From NCBI GenBank assembly GCA_951406725.2, contig OX597822.1, positions 17,236,001-17,300,000 on the forward strand: DNA of 64,000 nt, read 5' to 3'. The stretch comes from Octopus vulgaris (Eukaryota). Positions 25,073 through 39,655 of the stretch are shown here, in pieces. Numbering within the stretch: position 1 is the first letter of the stretch; each line of letters opens with the position of its first letter. The position numbers and the translations under genes were made by a program. The notes beneath the pieces were generated by a model. That model searched no databases and was not told where the DNA came from. It saw only the letters and a program-made list of their open reading frames with translations.

Positions 25073-26087
25073 CAATACAGGCAGACAAACAGACACACAC
25101 ACGCATGCATGCGCACGTGCACACACGCACACAAATTCTATATTTCTTTTTGGTAAACACTAAAATATTGTTTCCCAATGTACATTTACTTTCATAGTCA
25201 AAAATAATTTTCCTCTAAAGAAAAATTTTCAATATTTAGAGATTTTATTCCAGTCTGCTACTAATTCTCAAGGGATCATTTCTCAATGCTTATAAAACTC
25301 TCTGAGCAATTATTTGTGCAATTATTAGCATTAATTTCATATCAACTCAATTGAGAATTCTATGCCTACAAAATGTCAGAGGCAAGTTTTGAACTTGACA
25401 TTTTTTTGTTAAGTAGGATACTGCTGTAACAATTTAGCAAGGGAAATAAAAATTAAACAATTTCAAGAAAATTACTGTGAATATTAAAATTCATGAAAAT
25501 AACATCTTTTAATTTCCAATGCAGAAAATAATTTTTTTTCTTTTCTTATGATTCATTTGTATCAATAAACAAACTGACATATAAACAATTTCAGTTTGTC
25601 AATGACTTGTTATTTAACTGAAATAGAAGATGCAAATTCAGAACACTGTTGTAATATTGAATTGAAAATAGTATTAAATAACCAAGTTAAAATTTTATAA
25701 TAATAATAAATATATTGATTTTAAAAACTTAAGGAAAATAATAACAACTTAATAAATGCTTGAAGATACATTGAACAAAGGAAACTATATTAAAGAAATT
25801 GCTGACATGCCTTTTTTTTTTACTCTCGTGAGTGCTTTCCAAAATGAATTCAATGTCTACAGATGTCAATGTGTGTGTACTTTATATATATATATAAAGC
25901 ACACATACACACACACACATATAAAGTACACACATACACACACTGATATACATATACATATATATGGTGTGTACACCCATACATTATAAGCATTGGTAAA
26001 AATTAATACAAATAGTTAAAGAGAGATTCGAGTCTTCATCTTTTCTTCCTGCTACACAATCTCTTCATCATTACTCTCTTTCTCTCT

Positions 26088-26107
26088 CACATACATGCAT
26101 CTATGCA

Positions 26108-26170
<63 letters not shown>

Positions 26171-26171
26171 G

Positions 26172-26217
<46 letters not shown>

Positions 26218-26315
26218 CGTGTGCATATATATGTAGATATATACACATACACACACACACATCATAAATATACATATGCACATACACACACACACACATA
26301 TATATATATATATGC
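26088..26315. repeat. Compound (TA)n/(TATG)n/(CA)n microsatellite
   Basis: Seen directly. Confidence 0.95.
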
Positions 26316-26460
26316 ATGTAGAGTAGGATCACAGGGTAATACTGTTAGTGGGAGAGTAAAGGAGGAGGGTGAAATAGAATATAATAAAACAAGGTAAAAT
26401 ACAATAAAAAGTAGGCGGTTTAATTTTCTGTAATGGATTTAAAAGCTCATGGATCTAAAA

Positions 26461-26503
26461 GAGAGAGGGGGAGGAGTGGGAGAGACAGACAGAGAGAGAG
26501 AGA

Positions 26504-26598
<95 letters not shown>

Positions 26599-26610
26599 AG
26601 GGAGAGAGAG
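26461..26610. repeat. (GA)n purine tract
   Basis: Seen directly. Confidence 0.97.
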
Positions 26611-27331
26611 TGTATGTTAAAAGCCAAGATTTTTCAAAAGTAAGGGTTTCAAGAAAGAATTCAGGATAAATTCAATTTCAGAAAGTTTTTTTCCCCTTCA
26701 TTTTTCCATAAAACAATGTGTTGAGTTTATTTCAGAACAGTAAATTAAACATCAAAGTAGTTCTTTGAAAGAAGATATTATCAAATAAAAAGCAATCATT
26801 TAGACTTTCTTAAATCTAAAATAGCAGTTATTCATTTGGTTTTGATTAGAAATACCTAACAGCTTTTGTTGGTATTTCAAAGAAAATATAGTTCACTGTA
26901 CACTTTGATTCAAAGACATAATATAGATTATGTTTGTTGCTCAAACATTTCAGTCATATTTCATATTTTAGATGTAAAACCAACATATGTGTGTGTGTAT
27001 GTGTGTGTGTGCACAAGCTGAGGGGAGCTACCTCACAACAGTTAGTGATTTTAAAGTAAATTTTAAAACAGCAAATAACATTCACTGAAAACAGACTTGG
27101 TGCAGATACAGAGTTTATACATTTCATTAAACAAAAATAGAGAGTGATGGTATCACATAAAATGTCATGACCCTATTTTCATTTTGCTTTCATTTTGACT
27201 AACATGCCACCACTATCATTTTCAGCAGACAGAATTCACTGTTATAAGCATTTGCACTAAATTCCTCATTCTCTTCTCTCCTTTGTTTTTCTCAAAGACA
27301 CTATACTGGGGTTTGGACACATCATTCTTAC

Positions 27332-27376
27332 TAAGACGGCCCGCAAAAGCAGAAGATGCTGTCCGTCTCTCCTCCC
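27332..27376 (-). CDS. Candidate 45-nt frame-preserving cassette exon
   Basis: Acceptor ttatttatttatgtgctggtcAG and donor GTaaga. GC- and CpG-rich island in AT-rich DNA. Phase 1-1 reading (G)EERRTASSAFAGRL. The frame stays open to a stop at 27222, so a longer or terminal form is possible. Confidence 0.4.
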
Positions 27377-27769
27377 CTGACCAGCACATAAATAAATAAA
27401 ATAACAAAAAATTTTTAAGTATTGGAATTGGTTTCAATAGTCTACATAAAATTAAGGTAACAGGTGCTAGCAGGGCCAACACACAAACAACCCCACCCCC
27501 CAAAACACAGGAGTAAGTGACATTATAAAAACATGGAACATTAACTGAAAGTATAAAATATATTTTATCAGTGTGATGTAATTAGTGGAGACAGCAGCTG
27601 AGAATATGCAGAAGTGGCAAGATGTCTGAAGGATACATTTACTTTAGTCTTAAAGTATCAATAGGAGCATACTGTGATTATGATGGTCATTGGGACCACC
27701 ATCATCACCATCTACTACTACTACTACTGATGCTGCAACTACTATTATACTACCACCACCACTATTACA

Positions 27770-27975
27770 AGCAGGCTGAATCATTAGCATGCTAGACAAA
27801 ATGCATGGTGGCATTTCTAGCATTATGTCCTGAGTTCAAATCCTGTTGCGGCCAGCTTTGCTTTTCATCCTTTTGGGGGTTGATAAAATAAAGTACCAGT
27901 CAAGTACTGAGCTCAATACAGTCAGCTAATTCCATTCCTTAAAGTTGCTTGCCTTGTGCCAAGATTAAAAAGAAT
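27770..27975 (+). mobile_element. SINE family B
   Basis: ctgagttcaaatcc...ctttgcttttcatcctttt.gggggttgataaaataaagtaccagtcaagtactg. Confidence 0.8.
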
Positions 27976-30900
27976 TGTTACCAAAGCCAGTCGTCACGGT
28001 CAATCATTAATACAAGACTAAGGCTCATCTCGCATCCTTGAGTTTCATTGTTTATTTTAAAATACATGTAGTGAAATGGTTTCCATATAAAGTATCTTAT
28101 TCATTTCCAGCTCAAATAAAACTGTGAAATATAATAGATTAGAAACCTTGTATTTAATCTACCAATACAATAAATATTTATTCATAATAATCCTTTTTTA
28201 AGAATCATCCAACCACAGTTAAATGGGGAGAGAAGAAATGATGTGAAATGTGAAGGAAACAAGGTCAATATATACAATGCCAGACACTTTATGGCAATTG
28301 TGAACTTGATGTTAAAGGCCCAAATTTCATTTATCGATAGCAAAATAATTTTAAGTTGTTAACATTAGCTGAATGAAGGAAAAATCTGAAATGCAAGAGA
28401 GATACCAGTAGATATTCCAAAAATAAATATAAATTGTTATTGGTTAGCTTCTTTGAACACTTCAATGAAGTTAGAATCTAATGCAAAATTACTGTTCATA
28501 TTCAAGCAACTAATTGAGTTAGACCATAATTTTAGTTTACAGCTAAATGCTGATGGTAGCCAAAAGCATTTTATTGTAGACCAAATCTACATAAAAATAG
28601 TTAATTTCTTAAGGATTTATAAAAGTTCAGTTTATATTCGTCTATAAGAAATCTGTTGTCAATTGTATTACAAATCAATAGAAGTAACATTTAATAACCC
28701 AGGCAGCAAAGGAAATGCAAGAAAGTAAAATTGTACGTGGTGTAGTAGTGTGATGGTGGGTTTGAAAGCACAGTTTTTCAATACATCAAACCAGCTGAGG
28801 TAATTTTCTGCTTGGTGACGCTAATGAGGTGATACATAGCTAGTTGACGAAGGAGATGAAAAGAATTGTAGAAAGCAACAATTGTAAATATGGTGTGAAA
28901 TTAATTACAAAAGTGGAGTGTAACTCATGAATTCTGTAGAAATTATATTTATTGTTTCCAATAAAGTGGGCAGCTTTGGTGTGCAGTGTCAAAGATACAG
29001 ACTCTACAATTTATGGAAAGGAGTATTTGGTTCCAATCAGAGCAATAATTTCCATTTAGTAAAACTGCAAATTTCAACTGATTTTGATTTATCTAAATGG
29101 TCTTCAAAATATACAAAATTGCTCAGCTGTTTAGTAATACAACCAGCCCAATGAACTGAAAAATCTACCGATTTAATCTAGGTTGATCTTGTGTTCTGCA
29201 AAACATGGCTGATAGGTATAATTTTCAGGGAATGGTAAAGAGTACAAGTAAAATAAATTTTTAAAATATCTATGGTATGGAAGCCATTCTACCAATTACT
29301 CAACAGGAGAGGTAGAGCAATAGAAGATAAAACATTAAATAACATTTGAATCCAATCAAGAAAGACCAAGCAATAGATTATTGATCAGTGCTGCAATTAT
29401 ATCTTCAGAATATTTTTTAAGAACAGTTGTCCAATATGCTACATGTACAATAAGTCCTTTCAAATGAAAGCAGCTATCTATGAAACACAACGCTTAGAGC
29501 ATTATTATTTGGATTTAAAATGTGTGCATGAGTGGGGAGGGTAGAGTGAGAAAGGGAGAGAGAAGAGGAGAGGGAGATGAAAATCAAGGATTAAAGTACA
29601 AATCCAAGCATTAATAATGGAGAAACATTTTAAAAGTGTTTTAGAAATATGTTAAATGAACAGACTTTGACTAGAAGCTGAAAGGATATGATAGGTTTTG
29701 CTCTTGAGACATTTACTCCTTGCACTAAGAAGCATACTTCCTTATAAGAGTTGAGAAAACTAGTATAGTATAAAAGACCCTGTCAAAACATCCAACTCAT
29801 GCCAGCATGGAAAGCAGATTGATGTTGATGATGATATATTTTCAGAAAATTTCATGCAAGTGTTGGAAAACAAACTTCTTCGAAGAAACTGAAGTAATAA
29901 GATGGGAGAAAAAGTACAATGATTCACTCATCAATAAATCTCTAGACATTGTGAATAACTGAGCCTCAACTCTGTGGATATGCAGCTTAAGTAATTCCAT
30001 GGGCAATGCATAGTTATTAGTTATTCACTGGTTAATTAATAATTAACCTCATTAATGAGACAGCATTAAAGAGATAAGGCTGATGAACTAATTACAAACA
30101 TAGTTTATCTAGAGAAGGTTGTTTAATTTTTAAAAAGATATCTTGAACATCATCATCATCATCATATATGAAACAATTTCGTGAATATATTCATAAAGGA
30201 ATGTGATGGGAACAAAAAGCAGGATTTATTGTAGTTCAGAAATTACATTCCTATCTGTTTTATGCTCTTTGAAACAATAGTTTTAAAAAATTTTGTTTTA
30301 ATGGTGTCAAGCTGATATGATATTCAGTAATGCTCACAATAAAATTAGATTATATATATATATATAAAAGGATAATTCTTTTAATTTTGAAAAACTACCT
30401 CAAATTTGAAAATGTCATTATTAGTTTATGTGAGTTTATTAAATGAATAAAAGATAGAAATATAAGATACCCTAATATCTAATTTGGTAACCTCTATCAC
30501 TGACAATGTTAACCTCTTCAGATTCTGATACCTAAGTGTATATTGAATGAGGTGGGGGAGAGAATTTTTGCTAAATCAAGTTGAAAACTGAAAGCTAAGG
30601 AATTTCATTTGCAGACCTTTTTTTTTTACTCAATTACTAACATGGATTTCTCACTTCAGTAGATAAACCACAATGATAACAAGACCCAGATTTAGTGTGA
30701 AATACAAGTAAAATCTTGTTCTTAGTTACAACTCCACAGATTTGTTTCTACAAAAGTGATGGAGAATTCTGAAACCTGGAATGGCATTTCAATTATACAA
30801 GAAGGTAACTTTGATGAAAGAATGAAAAGTTATACAGAAAGGAAGATTTAACATAATTTCTCTTAGAGGCAGTTAGTGTTTGGATAAATGTTTCCAGTTT

Positions 30901-31437
30901 AAATCCATTTAAGTCATTGATCAATCAATAGACAACAAACCTATCACTCTTTAAAAAAGAAATTGTTAACATAATAGTAGAATATTTAGGTAAAAGATAT
31001 ACATTTTAAAAAAGTACTATTTGATAGAATGTAAATTAATGGAAAATAAAAATTAAAAAAGAACATAAAAGAAATGAAAATATAGATACTAAAAAAAATC
31101 TAAATATGATGTGAAACATGATAAAGTCAAAATATGTTATTTACAACAATTCTGATAGATATCTAATATAATTTCGTTTTAAATAGTCAAATATAACTGA
31201 GTGTTTTTGTCTAAAACCAGATAATATTCTCACTGGAATAAAGAAGACATTCAAGCCATTTGCAAATTTTGCATTCTGAAAAGAGATTAGCCTATTTTTC
31301 TGACAATAATATGCAAAGTATATCTATAATATTTACATGTCAAGATACACATAATATTATGTGATGAGTTAGAAATACTTGAGAAAGTGTCAACTAAATT
31401 ATAGGTTTCTCATAAAACAAACATTTTCAAAGATTAG

Positions 31438-31655
31438 ATGTTGTTTAGCCCCAGGTCAGCCTTAATCCAGAGCTCTATGATCAAAAGGCAGTTTAGTCAT
31501 GACCATATTGCTGTTTTTTTTAGGCTTTTTTTTTTTTCAGATCTAAAACCTTATTATCTGTGCCTTTCAATTTCTAAGATGGTGAGGTGTGGTTTGAAGA
31601 GGATTTGGCTGCTAATTTTTGCAGGGAAAATAACTGTGCAGGGACTCCCTCACTG
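31438..31655 (+). mobile_element. Dispersed repeat family C
   Basis: gttgtttagccccaggtcagcc...aagatggtgaggtgtggtttgaagaggatttggctgct. Confidence 0.65.
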
Positions 31656-32067
31656 ACTCATTGATGACTGGTTGTTTGTTTATGCTTCTAAAATATTCTT
31701 TTTATTCTTTCAGTTTCAGACAATGCACCATTAAATAGAACATGTGAACATTGTCAACCAACTTGCTAACAATTGCACCCGAATCTCCCTCAAACTACAT
31801 TTTACTGAATTAAAATAGCAATAATAATAACAACAACAGCAACATATATCAGATGAAATAGTTGAGAAGAGAATATTATTCCATGCAACCAGTCAAAGAA
31901 AGAACAAAATGAAATGGTCATAGTTGGAAAGCTTTTGATCACAGGTTTAGGTGTGATTACTTAAGGCTCACAGGTGGAACAAACTACTACTTTAGCAATT
32001 TTAAAGGTTTTAATTCAAAATGATTTCAGTGAAAAATTATTAAAGTTGTAGTTTTATCTCTTATATT

Positions 32068-32294
32068 TTCTTATTTCAGTCATTTGACTGTGGCCATGCT
32101 GGAGCACTACTTCAAAGGGTTTTGATTAAAACAAATTAACTCCAGTACTTATTTGTAAGTCTGGTACTTATTCTGTCAGTCACTTTTACTGAACCACTAA
32201 GTCATAGGGATAGAAACAAACCAACATTGGTCATTAAGTGGTGGAGTTGTACAAACACAAGAACACAAAAGCATACACGGACACATGTATACAG

Positions 32295-32375
<81 letters not shown>

Positions 32376-32555
32376 CACATTCACACACATACACACTCAC
32401 ACAGAGTAAGCTCTCTCATAATTTCCGTCTACCAAATTCACAAAGGTTTGGTTATCTCAGGGCTATAGAAGAAAACACTTGCCCAAAGTACCATGCAGTG
32501 AGACTGGACCCCAAATCACATAGTTACAAAGTAAGTTTCATAACCACATGGCCAT
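32068..32555 (-). mobile_element. SINE family A with internal (CA)n expansion
   Basis: tttcagtcatttgactgtggccatgctggagcac...ttccgtctaccaaattcac...ggctatagaagaaaacacttgcccaaag is colinear with 44335-44730. Confidence 0.88.
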
Positions 32556-32631
32556 AACTGAATTTATTTTTGAAAGAGATTTTTTTGCTTTCAGTGTAGT
32601 CAATATTTTAATATGACCAACTGATGGTGTG

Positions 32632-32750
32632 TGGGCAATGAGCTGGCAGAAATCGTGGCAAACTGAACTTTAATGCCTTCTGCTATTTTGATTCATCCCT
32701 CTGCGATTGACTTTGTCTTTCATTCTCTCAGGTTGATAAAATAAGTCTGG
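32632..32750 (+). mobile_element. SINE family B fragment
   Basis: tgagctggcagaa...gactttgtctttcatt...ggttgataaaataagt. Confidence 0.65.
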
Positions 32751-32934
32751 ATAATATAGTGAGGAACAATTCTCTTAGCTGTACCAGTCCTACACTGTGA
32801 AAATTGATTTTATGTGAAGTTGTTTCCTTGCATTAGCTCGAGGCCACACGTTTGTTGAGGGAAGAATAGAAGTGATTGAGCTGGTTGCGTAGAACTGATA
32901 TCATCTTTTTTTATTTTCTTTTTCCTTTCTTCTA

Positions 32935-33330
32935 GTGGTTTCAGTCATTTGATAGTGTGGCCATACTGGTACACTGCTTTTAAGGACTTAATCAATTATG
33001 TCAACCTACCACTTATTTCAGTTAAGTATTTATTGTATTGATCTGTATTTGTGGAGCCATTAAATCATGGGACATAAAAGTGCACAACACAAACAGCACC
33101 AGTTTTTAGATAAACAGACAGACACAATCGTGTGCGTGTGTTCGCATGAGTGTGTGTGTGTGAGTGTGTATGTTTGGCATCTGCACAATTTCTCTCTACC
33201 AAATACCACTCATGAGATCTTTGGTCAACTAGAAGCTATATTAAAAGACACTTGCTCTAGGTACCACTCAAAAGAGTTGGATCTGGAATCACATTGCAAA
33301 ACTAACACCTTAACCAAATTGCACCTAAGT
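32935..33330 (-). mobile_element. SINE family A, older copy
   Basis: tttcagtcatttga...gtggccatactgg...tctaccaaat.ccactca...gctata.taaaagacacttgc. Confidence 0.75.
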
Positions 33331-33660
33331 GCCTGATAAATATTTTAGCAACATTGGTAAGTTACAAGATTCTGATGGCATAAAGCATTTAGTGAAGGAC
33401 TCTACCATTTCAAACACTCCACTTACTCCGTTTGTGCCTAATTAAAAAAAGAATGATCTGATTATAATTTCTCCATAATTAATCAAATCTTTAGAGATGA
33501 AACACTTTTGTAATATTTACATCTACACTATAGAAACTACGCCAAAGCAAACATTGGAACTGGGTGAAATCCTCTGGTTTGCCAGCTCATGTCCAACCAT
33601 CCAACCCATGCCTGCACAGAAAATAGATGTTAAAGGATGATAAACATTTTCTCAAGTTTG

Positions 33661-33922
33661 GTCTTATTCCTCACTATGTACAAAGTACTAGACTGGATTT
33701 GAACTAGAAACGTCAGTTTCTAAACTAAAAGTAGTAATGCTGATCACAGCTGTATACAAATAAATGAGTTACTAGTTACATAGTGAATATGAGTATTATT
33801 AGTAACATAGTGGATAAATGTGTTACTAGCGACTGTACATAAAAATGTATAACCATCAATTTAAGATACAGGTTTATAATGCAAATCCAGTTTAGTACTA
33901 GGTACATATCCAGGAATAAGAC
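33661..33922. repeat. Degenerate inverted repeat (about 41-bp arms) with internal short tandem repeats; MITE- or Penelope-like remnant
   Basis: gtcttattcctcactatgtacaaagtactagactggatttg (33661-33701) versus caaatccagtttagtactaggtacatatccaggaataagac (33882-33922). Three units of about 27 bp at 33760-33830. Confidence 0.65.
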
Positions 33923-34354
33923 ACCTGAAGACAATCAGAGATCAAACGAATTGGAAAGTAGTGTGGATGTAAATATTAGAAAAGGTTTCTCATCTAAAAA
34001 TGAGTTTACAATCTGACTGAGATAATATAATGTTAGGATTCTAATCTTAACATCTCATCTCAGAGATTTAAAACAGGATAAGAGTATTTCAATGTATCTT
34101 CCATTATATGAGTACATGTTAGATAAGTAAATATACTTTTAGTAGACATTACTACATGTCTTTATCAACTACAATCCAGAATAAATTATTAGAGTAGTAA
34201 CTCTAAAATATTCAAAAAGTTAATTCTGACAAGACTATTCTTATAAATATCCTTAATCAATGCAATATAAGACTAGGAGTAGTCGTCGTCGGAGGAGGAG
34301 GATGATGCAGCAGCAGCAGCACTGCCGCCGCAGCCACCACCACCATCCACCACC

Positions 34355-34625
34355 ATCATCATCATCATCATTTAACATTTCATGCTGGCATGGGTTGGAC
34401 AGTTTGACAGAAGCTGATAAGGCCAGGAGCCAGGCCAGGTTGCATCTGCTTGTTTTGGCAGGGTTTCCACGGCTGGCTGCTCTTCTTAACACCAACAACT
34501 TCACAAAGTATACTGAGTGCTTTTTACATGGTACCACGACCAGTGCTTTTTAGGAGGTACCAGCACCAACAGGGTCACCAAGTAACTTGCAAGACAAAAT
34601 CTCCCTCAACTGGGAGGGAGTAGCA
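34355..34625 (-). mobile_element. RTE 3'-tail fragment
   Basis: (CAT)n-tttaacatttcatgctggcatgggttggacagtttgac...ggctggctgctcttcttaacaccaac. Confidence 0.85.
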
Positions 34626-35589
34626 GTGAGAGGAGACAATGGAAAATAGATTTGAATTACCAAGTATAATAATTTTAAGTTCAAGTTAAAGCAACAAAAA
34701 ATTTGAGATGCTTCACCCAAGGAAGAGCAAATGCTAAAACATACAATATCAATGTTGAATATAAAAGGAAAACAACAATTGTATATATAACAAGTGACAA
34801 CACAAAACTTGGGAGTTACTTACAACAATTATAAACATGAAGGAATAAATGAGCATTGAACACAGAACGTGCATGTATAATGATGATGAGGATGAGACAT
34901 CATCATCACCATCATCATGCTCACTTAGTCAGCCTTTTTATAAACAAAGACTAACTAAATATAGTAAATATACTTTTACCATATGATTACATAATAAAGT
35001 TATAGTGAAGTTTTACAATACTAAAAATGTCACTCAAAGGAATAAATTATAATTGAAGCATATTTGAAAACTGCGATGCAATAGAAAATGGAAGAAAATT
35101 GACTATACAATTGGAATGATTAGGATCTCCTTTCTAAACAAGTCAATAAATGGCCATCATTATTTCTAGAAGACAATAAAAAGGAACAGCTACAAGATAA
35201 TACATCTTTTGTTTATTCTTGTGAACAATTCTTGAGTAAAAGTCGAGACAGAGAAATTTCATAAACTCAAAATTATGTTTATGAAGTTACTTGTGTTTTA
35301 AAAATCAAATTAACAATGCTAAAAAATACTACTGTCATTATTTTCAATTTATCTATACACATATATAGAATATAAAGAAGACAAACAAAGACTTTAACAC
35401 ATCTTTAATGATCAGTTACAATTGTTTCTGTACCAACTCTGCTTTCATAAGTTGCAAGTGAAAATTTACTTGATATTTGAGCTTTAAACATTTGGGTGGC
35501 ACTTCTGCAGACCAGATTTTACATTGTGCCTCTGCCAGGCTTCACTGTAGGGCAGGTTATACATACACGCACACACACACACAGAGCAG

Positions 35590-35790
35590 CTGCAGCACTC
35601 TATCAGTTATGACAACAAGGATTGCAGTTGATCCAATCAATGGAATAGCCTGCTCATGAAATTAACATGCAAGTGGCTGAGCACTCCACAGATATGCTTA
35701 CTCTTAATGTGGTTCTCAGGGAGATTCAGTGTGAAAACATGTCACTGGGAATTGAACTCACAACACCCTAACCACTAAGCCACATGCTTT
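35590..35790 (-). mobile_element. tRNA-head SINE-like fragment (distinct body)
   Basis: Ends gggaattgaactcacaac...ctaaccactaagccac, the reverse complement of tRNA-like A/B boxes (gtggcttagtggttag...gagttcaattccc). Confidence 0.6.
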
Positions 35791-36414
35791 GACCACACAC
35801 ATACGTACACACATATATAGATATACACACATACTCACATACACACACATAAATAATTGGAGAAAATGTTTTATGATGTTTTAAGCCTTAACTCAATAAT
35901 TAAATGCTATTTGCATTAATTGCATTTATCAATGTTGAAGAAGTCAGAGCAATGGCCTCAGCACAACCTAAACTTTAAATTTTACATGTAACAATTTATT
36001 ATCTTCACCTAAAGTATTACCACACAATTTCCTTCTACTTCAAATTAGATATTTTAAACGAGATATCCTGTTATATTACCTAAAAATTAGAAACAATATC
36101 TTTTTAAAACTTGCTCATTTAATGGCATAGATTCTTAGAAGATTTAATAGTCATTTATGCATTTGCTTAACCTATTCAAGTTGGTGAAGACTAATTGGTT
36201 ACTTACTTGAAGCAGCAGCTTTATAGATGGGTGCTCTTCCTGTTATCAACCTTTACCTGGCTTAGAAGGGAGTCTTTATTCCACAATTTTGAAAGTGCAG
36301 AGTTAAAGGACAAACTGTTCACTGTGACACTACTTTTTGCCAAGACAATCTCATCAGAAAAGCAATGACAACTTTCACACACACAACAAACACATATATG
36401 TATGTGTGCATATG

Positions 36415-36565
36415 CAATGGGTCTTCAAGTGGTTTCCATCTACGAAGGTGTTGGGTGGCTCAAGGTGATACTAAAAGACATTTGCCCAAAGTGCTGAGCA
36501 GAGAGACATGAAACTAGAGAACCTGTGGTTCAGTGAAACAAACTCCTTGACCACCCAATGGCACC
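36415..36565 (-). mobile_element. SINE family A fragment
   Basis: gtttccatctac...aaaagacatttgcccaaagtgc...aacctgtggtt...ttgaccac. Confidence 0.65.
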
Positions 36566-37696
36566 TGAATTGACTATATTTTCAAAATGTGGTCATAAAA
36601 CTAAATATTAGCTAAATGTAATACAGTACAGAAACAAATTCCAGTTTATAAAATGAATCAGCCACTACAGGTAAAAATATAGGTTATTATAATTTGTATG
36701 GAAATGTATATGGACAAGTGAGAATGGCAAGTAAGATAAGAAGAGAATATACATAGAGGAGGGGTACAAAGGGAATATCTTTAAGATGTTTTATCTTTCT
36801 GGTGTTTATAATAAACCATAATGTTTTCTCCAAAAACTATTTTTACTTGATAATGAAGAAAAAAAAAGCCATCAAATTAGGTTTAATAGACAAGGAAAGA
36901 GAAAAATGGAAAATTGCACATTTTCCTCTGGTTAAGTAGTATTGAGAACAATTTTTAGACATCTCAGATAAAGCTGATTGGATTAAATTTTTTGAAATAA
37001 AATGAAACAATTTTAATAGATAAACTTGTGTTAGGAAGGAGTTAAAAACCCATTTAACATTTAATAGACAATAATGTATGTCTTCTTTTGGAAATATTAT
37101 ACAAATGAACATTGTGTCTTGCAATCATCAAAGAACTTCATTATCTCTTGGATTTAAAATAGGTTATTTTTCCCAAAATGAAAGTCAAAAGCAGAAAAGT
37201 TTTGACTAAAAATTAATGTGATAGGATTTAGGAAGTTAGATCAATATCTTCTAATTGTATAGGTTTTTTTCTTAAAAGATGCAGTCTTGGGGGTTGGGGA
37301 GAAAAATTTTACAATTAGGTGTATTTCCTATAAAGTCATTTTCTACAAGATACAAGTATAGTCAATATTCGTGACAAATTTAGAAAAAAAAAATTGTTTT
37401 CTTCAGATTTTCAATTTTCACATGAATAAATAATGCAGAGTGCAGTAAAAATAATGTCTTACAAGGAGCTAATATTAAGAATAGCTAAAGTTAAGATACT
37501 CAAATGTTTAGTTAAAACAAAGCTTCTAGTTAATTGAAGTCCAATTATCGGCTTAGAAATAGCCAATAACAATAAATAAAAGGAACAAGTATCACAAACA
37601 TATGTTGTAATTGTCAATTAATTTTCCTTTGTAATCGCACATAAAAGGGGAAAAAAAAGTTTCATATGAGAGATGGAGATTTCTTATGATTTATTT

Positions 37697-37992
<296 letters not shown>

Positions 37993-39444
37993 TACTTCAG
38001 TTGCACCTTTGAATTTTTTTCAGTTATTTTCCTTGTCTTTCCTCCTCTCTTTCCATTCTAGACCCTTCTCTAAAGAAGGACAATATCTGGAGCATCATTT
38101 TAATTAACTCTTCCCCAATTCTCTAAGCATCAAACTTATTCCATCTTATTGATTTTTGTGTTCTTTTGTCAGATGCATGCCTCTTCCACCTCTCTTCCCT
38201 ACAGAATGGAATAGAGATGATGATGTTGATGATGATGATGATGACAATGGTGATGATAGCAACAACGATTTATCATGATGATGATGATGATAAATGTAAC
38301 TTTTGATTTGAATAATTGATTAATGCAATGACTACAGCCCCCAAAAAGAGAAAATTCCTTAGAAAAGAAAAAAATAGGTTAAAATTAAAGTTAAAAATAT
38401 GAAGCTTGAGTTGAAACCAAGTTTAGATAGAATAATTCTTCACATTATGAAATCTCTCTCTCCTTATAAACTACAGTCATCATATATAATAAAGGTGCAT
38501 GACTAATGCACTTAGAAGTACTTTTTAAAATACACACTGTACAACTGTACTGTCATTTAAGCACAGATCTTTTGTTTTATGAAAATATATTCGAATTTAC
38601 CTTCTACAAAGTTCATGACATTGTCTTTTTATTATTTCTAGTACATTTATTACTTCATGTCATTCTTCTCGATTGGCACACCCAGCCTGCACTTTAATGC
38701 AGTTACTCAGCCTATCTTTTATATTCGGTTGCTAGTCAACCAATTAACTATGATATTTGATCAAGTTTTTATCTCGTTTGTTTTGAGTTGTATGACCTAA
38801 TTTCAGTAATTCCCAACTCTCACAAACCTAATTTAATATGTTTTAATTATAGTAAACTGCATGAACTCTAAAGTTGTTCTAGCCTTGATGTTTAGAGACT
38901 ATTAATATGACATTACAAGTCCCATTCAAAATTTATAACACTTAAAAACAAAATTCTAAATGAAAATATTTAGAAGCTGTTAATGTCACATTAAAAATGT
39001 ATTCTGTTTTTTTCTGCTATTCTGTCTTTGAACTACAGCCATTCTTGGGCACTGCCTTCAAACTGATTGTATCAACACCAATATGTTGTCAAGAACTTAT
39101 TTTAATGATTTTTTTTTCATATGATGACTCAGTTCACCTTTGGCATTAAATGATGTAACTCACTCTACAAGAGTTTTGTTTGTTAGATGAAACAACAAAC
39201 ACATACACACACAAACACACACACACACATGTAACCTCTTAGCTTTCCCTAGCATACTCTTGTTTCTTTGTCTCTGCATCTTCTGCAATCACCCTGCCTC
39301 CAACCCCCTCTACTAGTCATATTGTACTGAATAAACAGAGACTGTATATAAACAGGAGAGCTATTTTGTTTTGTAGGCTGCAAAACAAAAGGGTCCAATA
39401 ATCTTGAACAGACCTTTCGGTCTTGTTAAAGACATGACAACCTC

Positions 39445-39655
39445 CCCAGTGCTGGTGCTATGATATGAAATGCACCTAGAACATTCTCTAAAGTGTTTGG
39501 CATTAAGAAGGGCATCCAGTCATAGAAATCAAGCCAAAAGTAACATGAATGGGTAAGATGTGCCTCCAACAGCTTCATCTAAACAGGTAACAACACTGAA
39601 TAAGAACTGACCCATCCAACACACACCAATATGGAAAGTGGATGCAAAATGATAA
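39445..39655 (+). mobile_element. RTE 3'-tail fragment
   Basis: ttggcattaagaagggcatccag...catccaacacacaccaatatggaaagtggatg. Confidence 0.7.
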
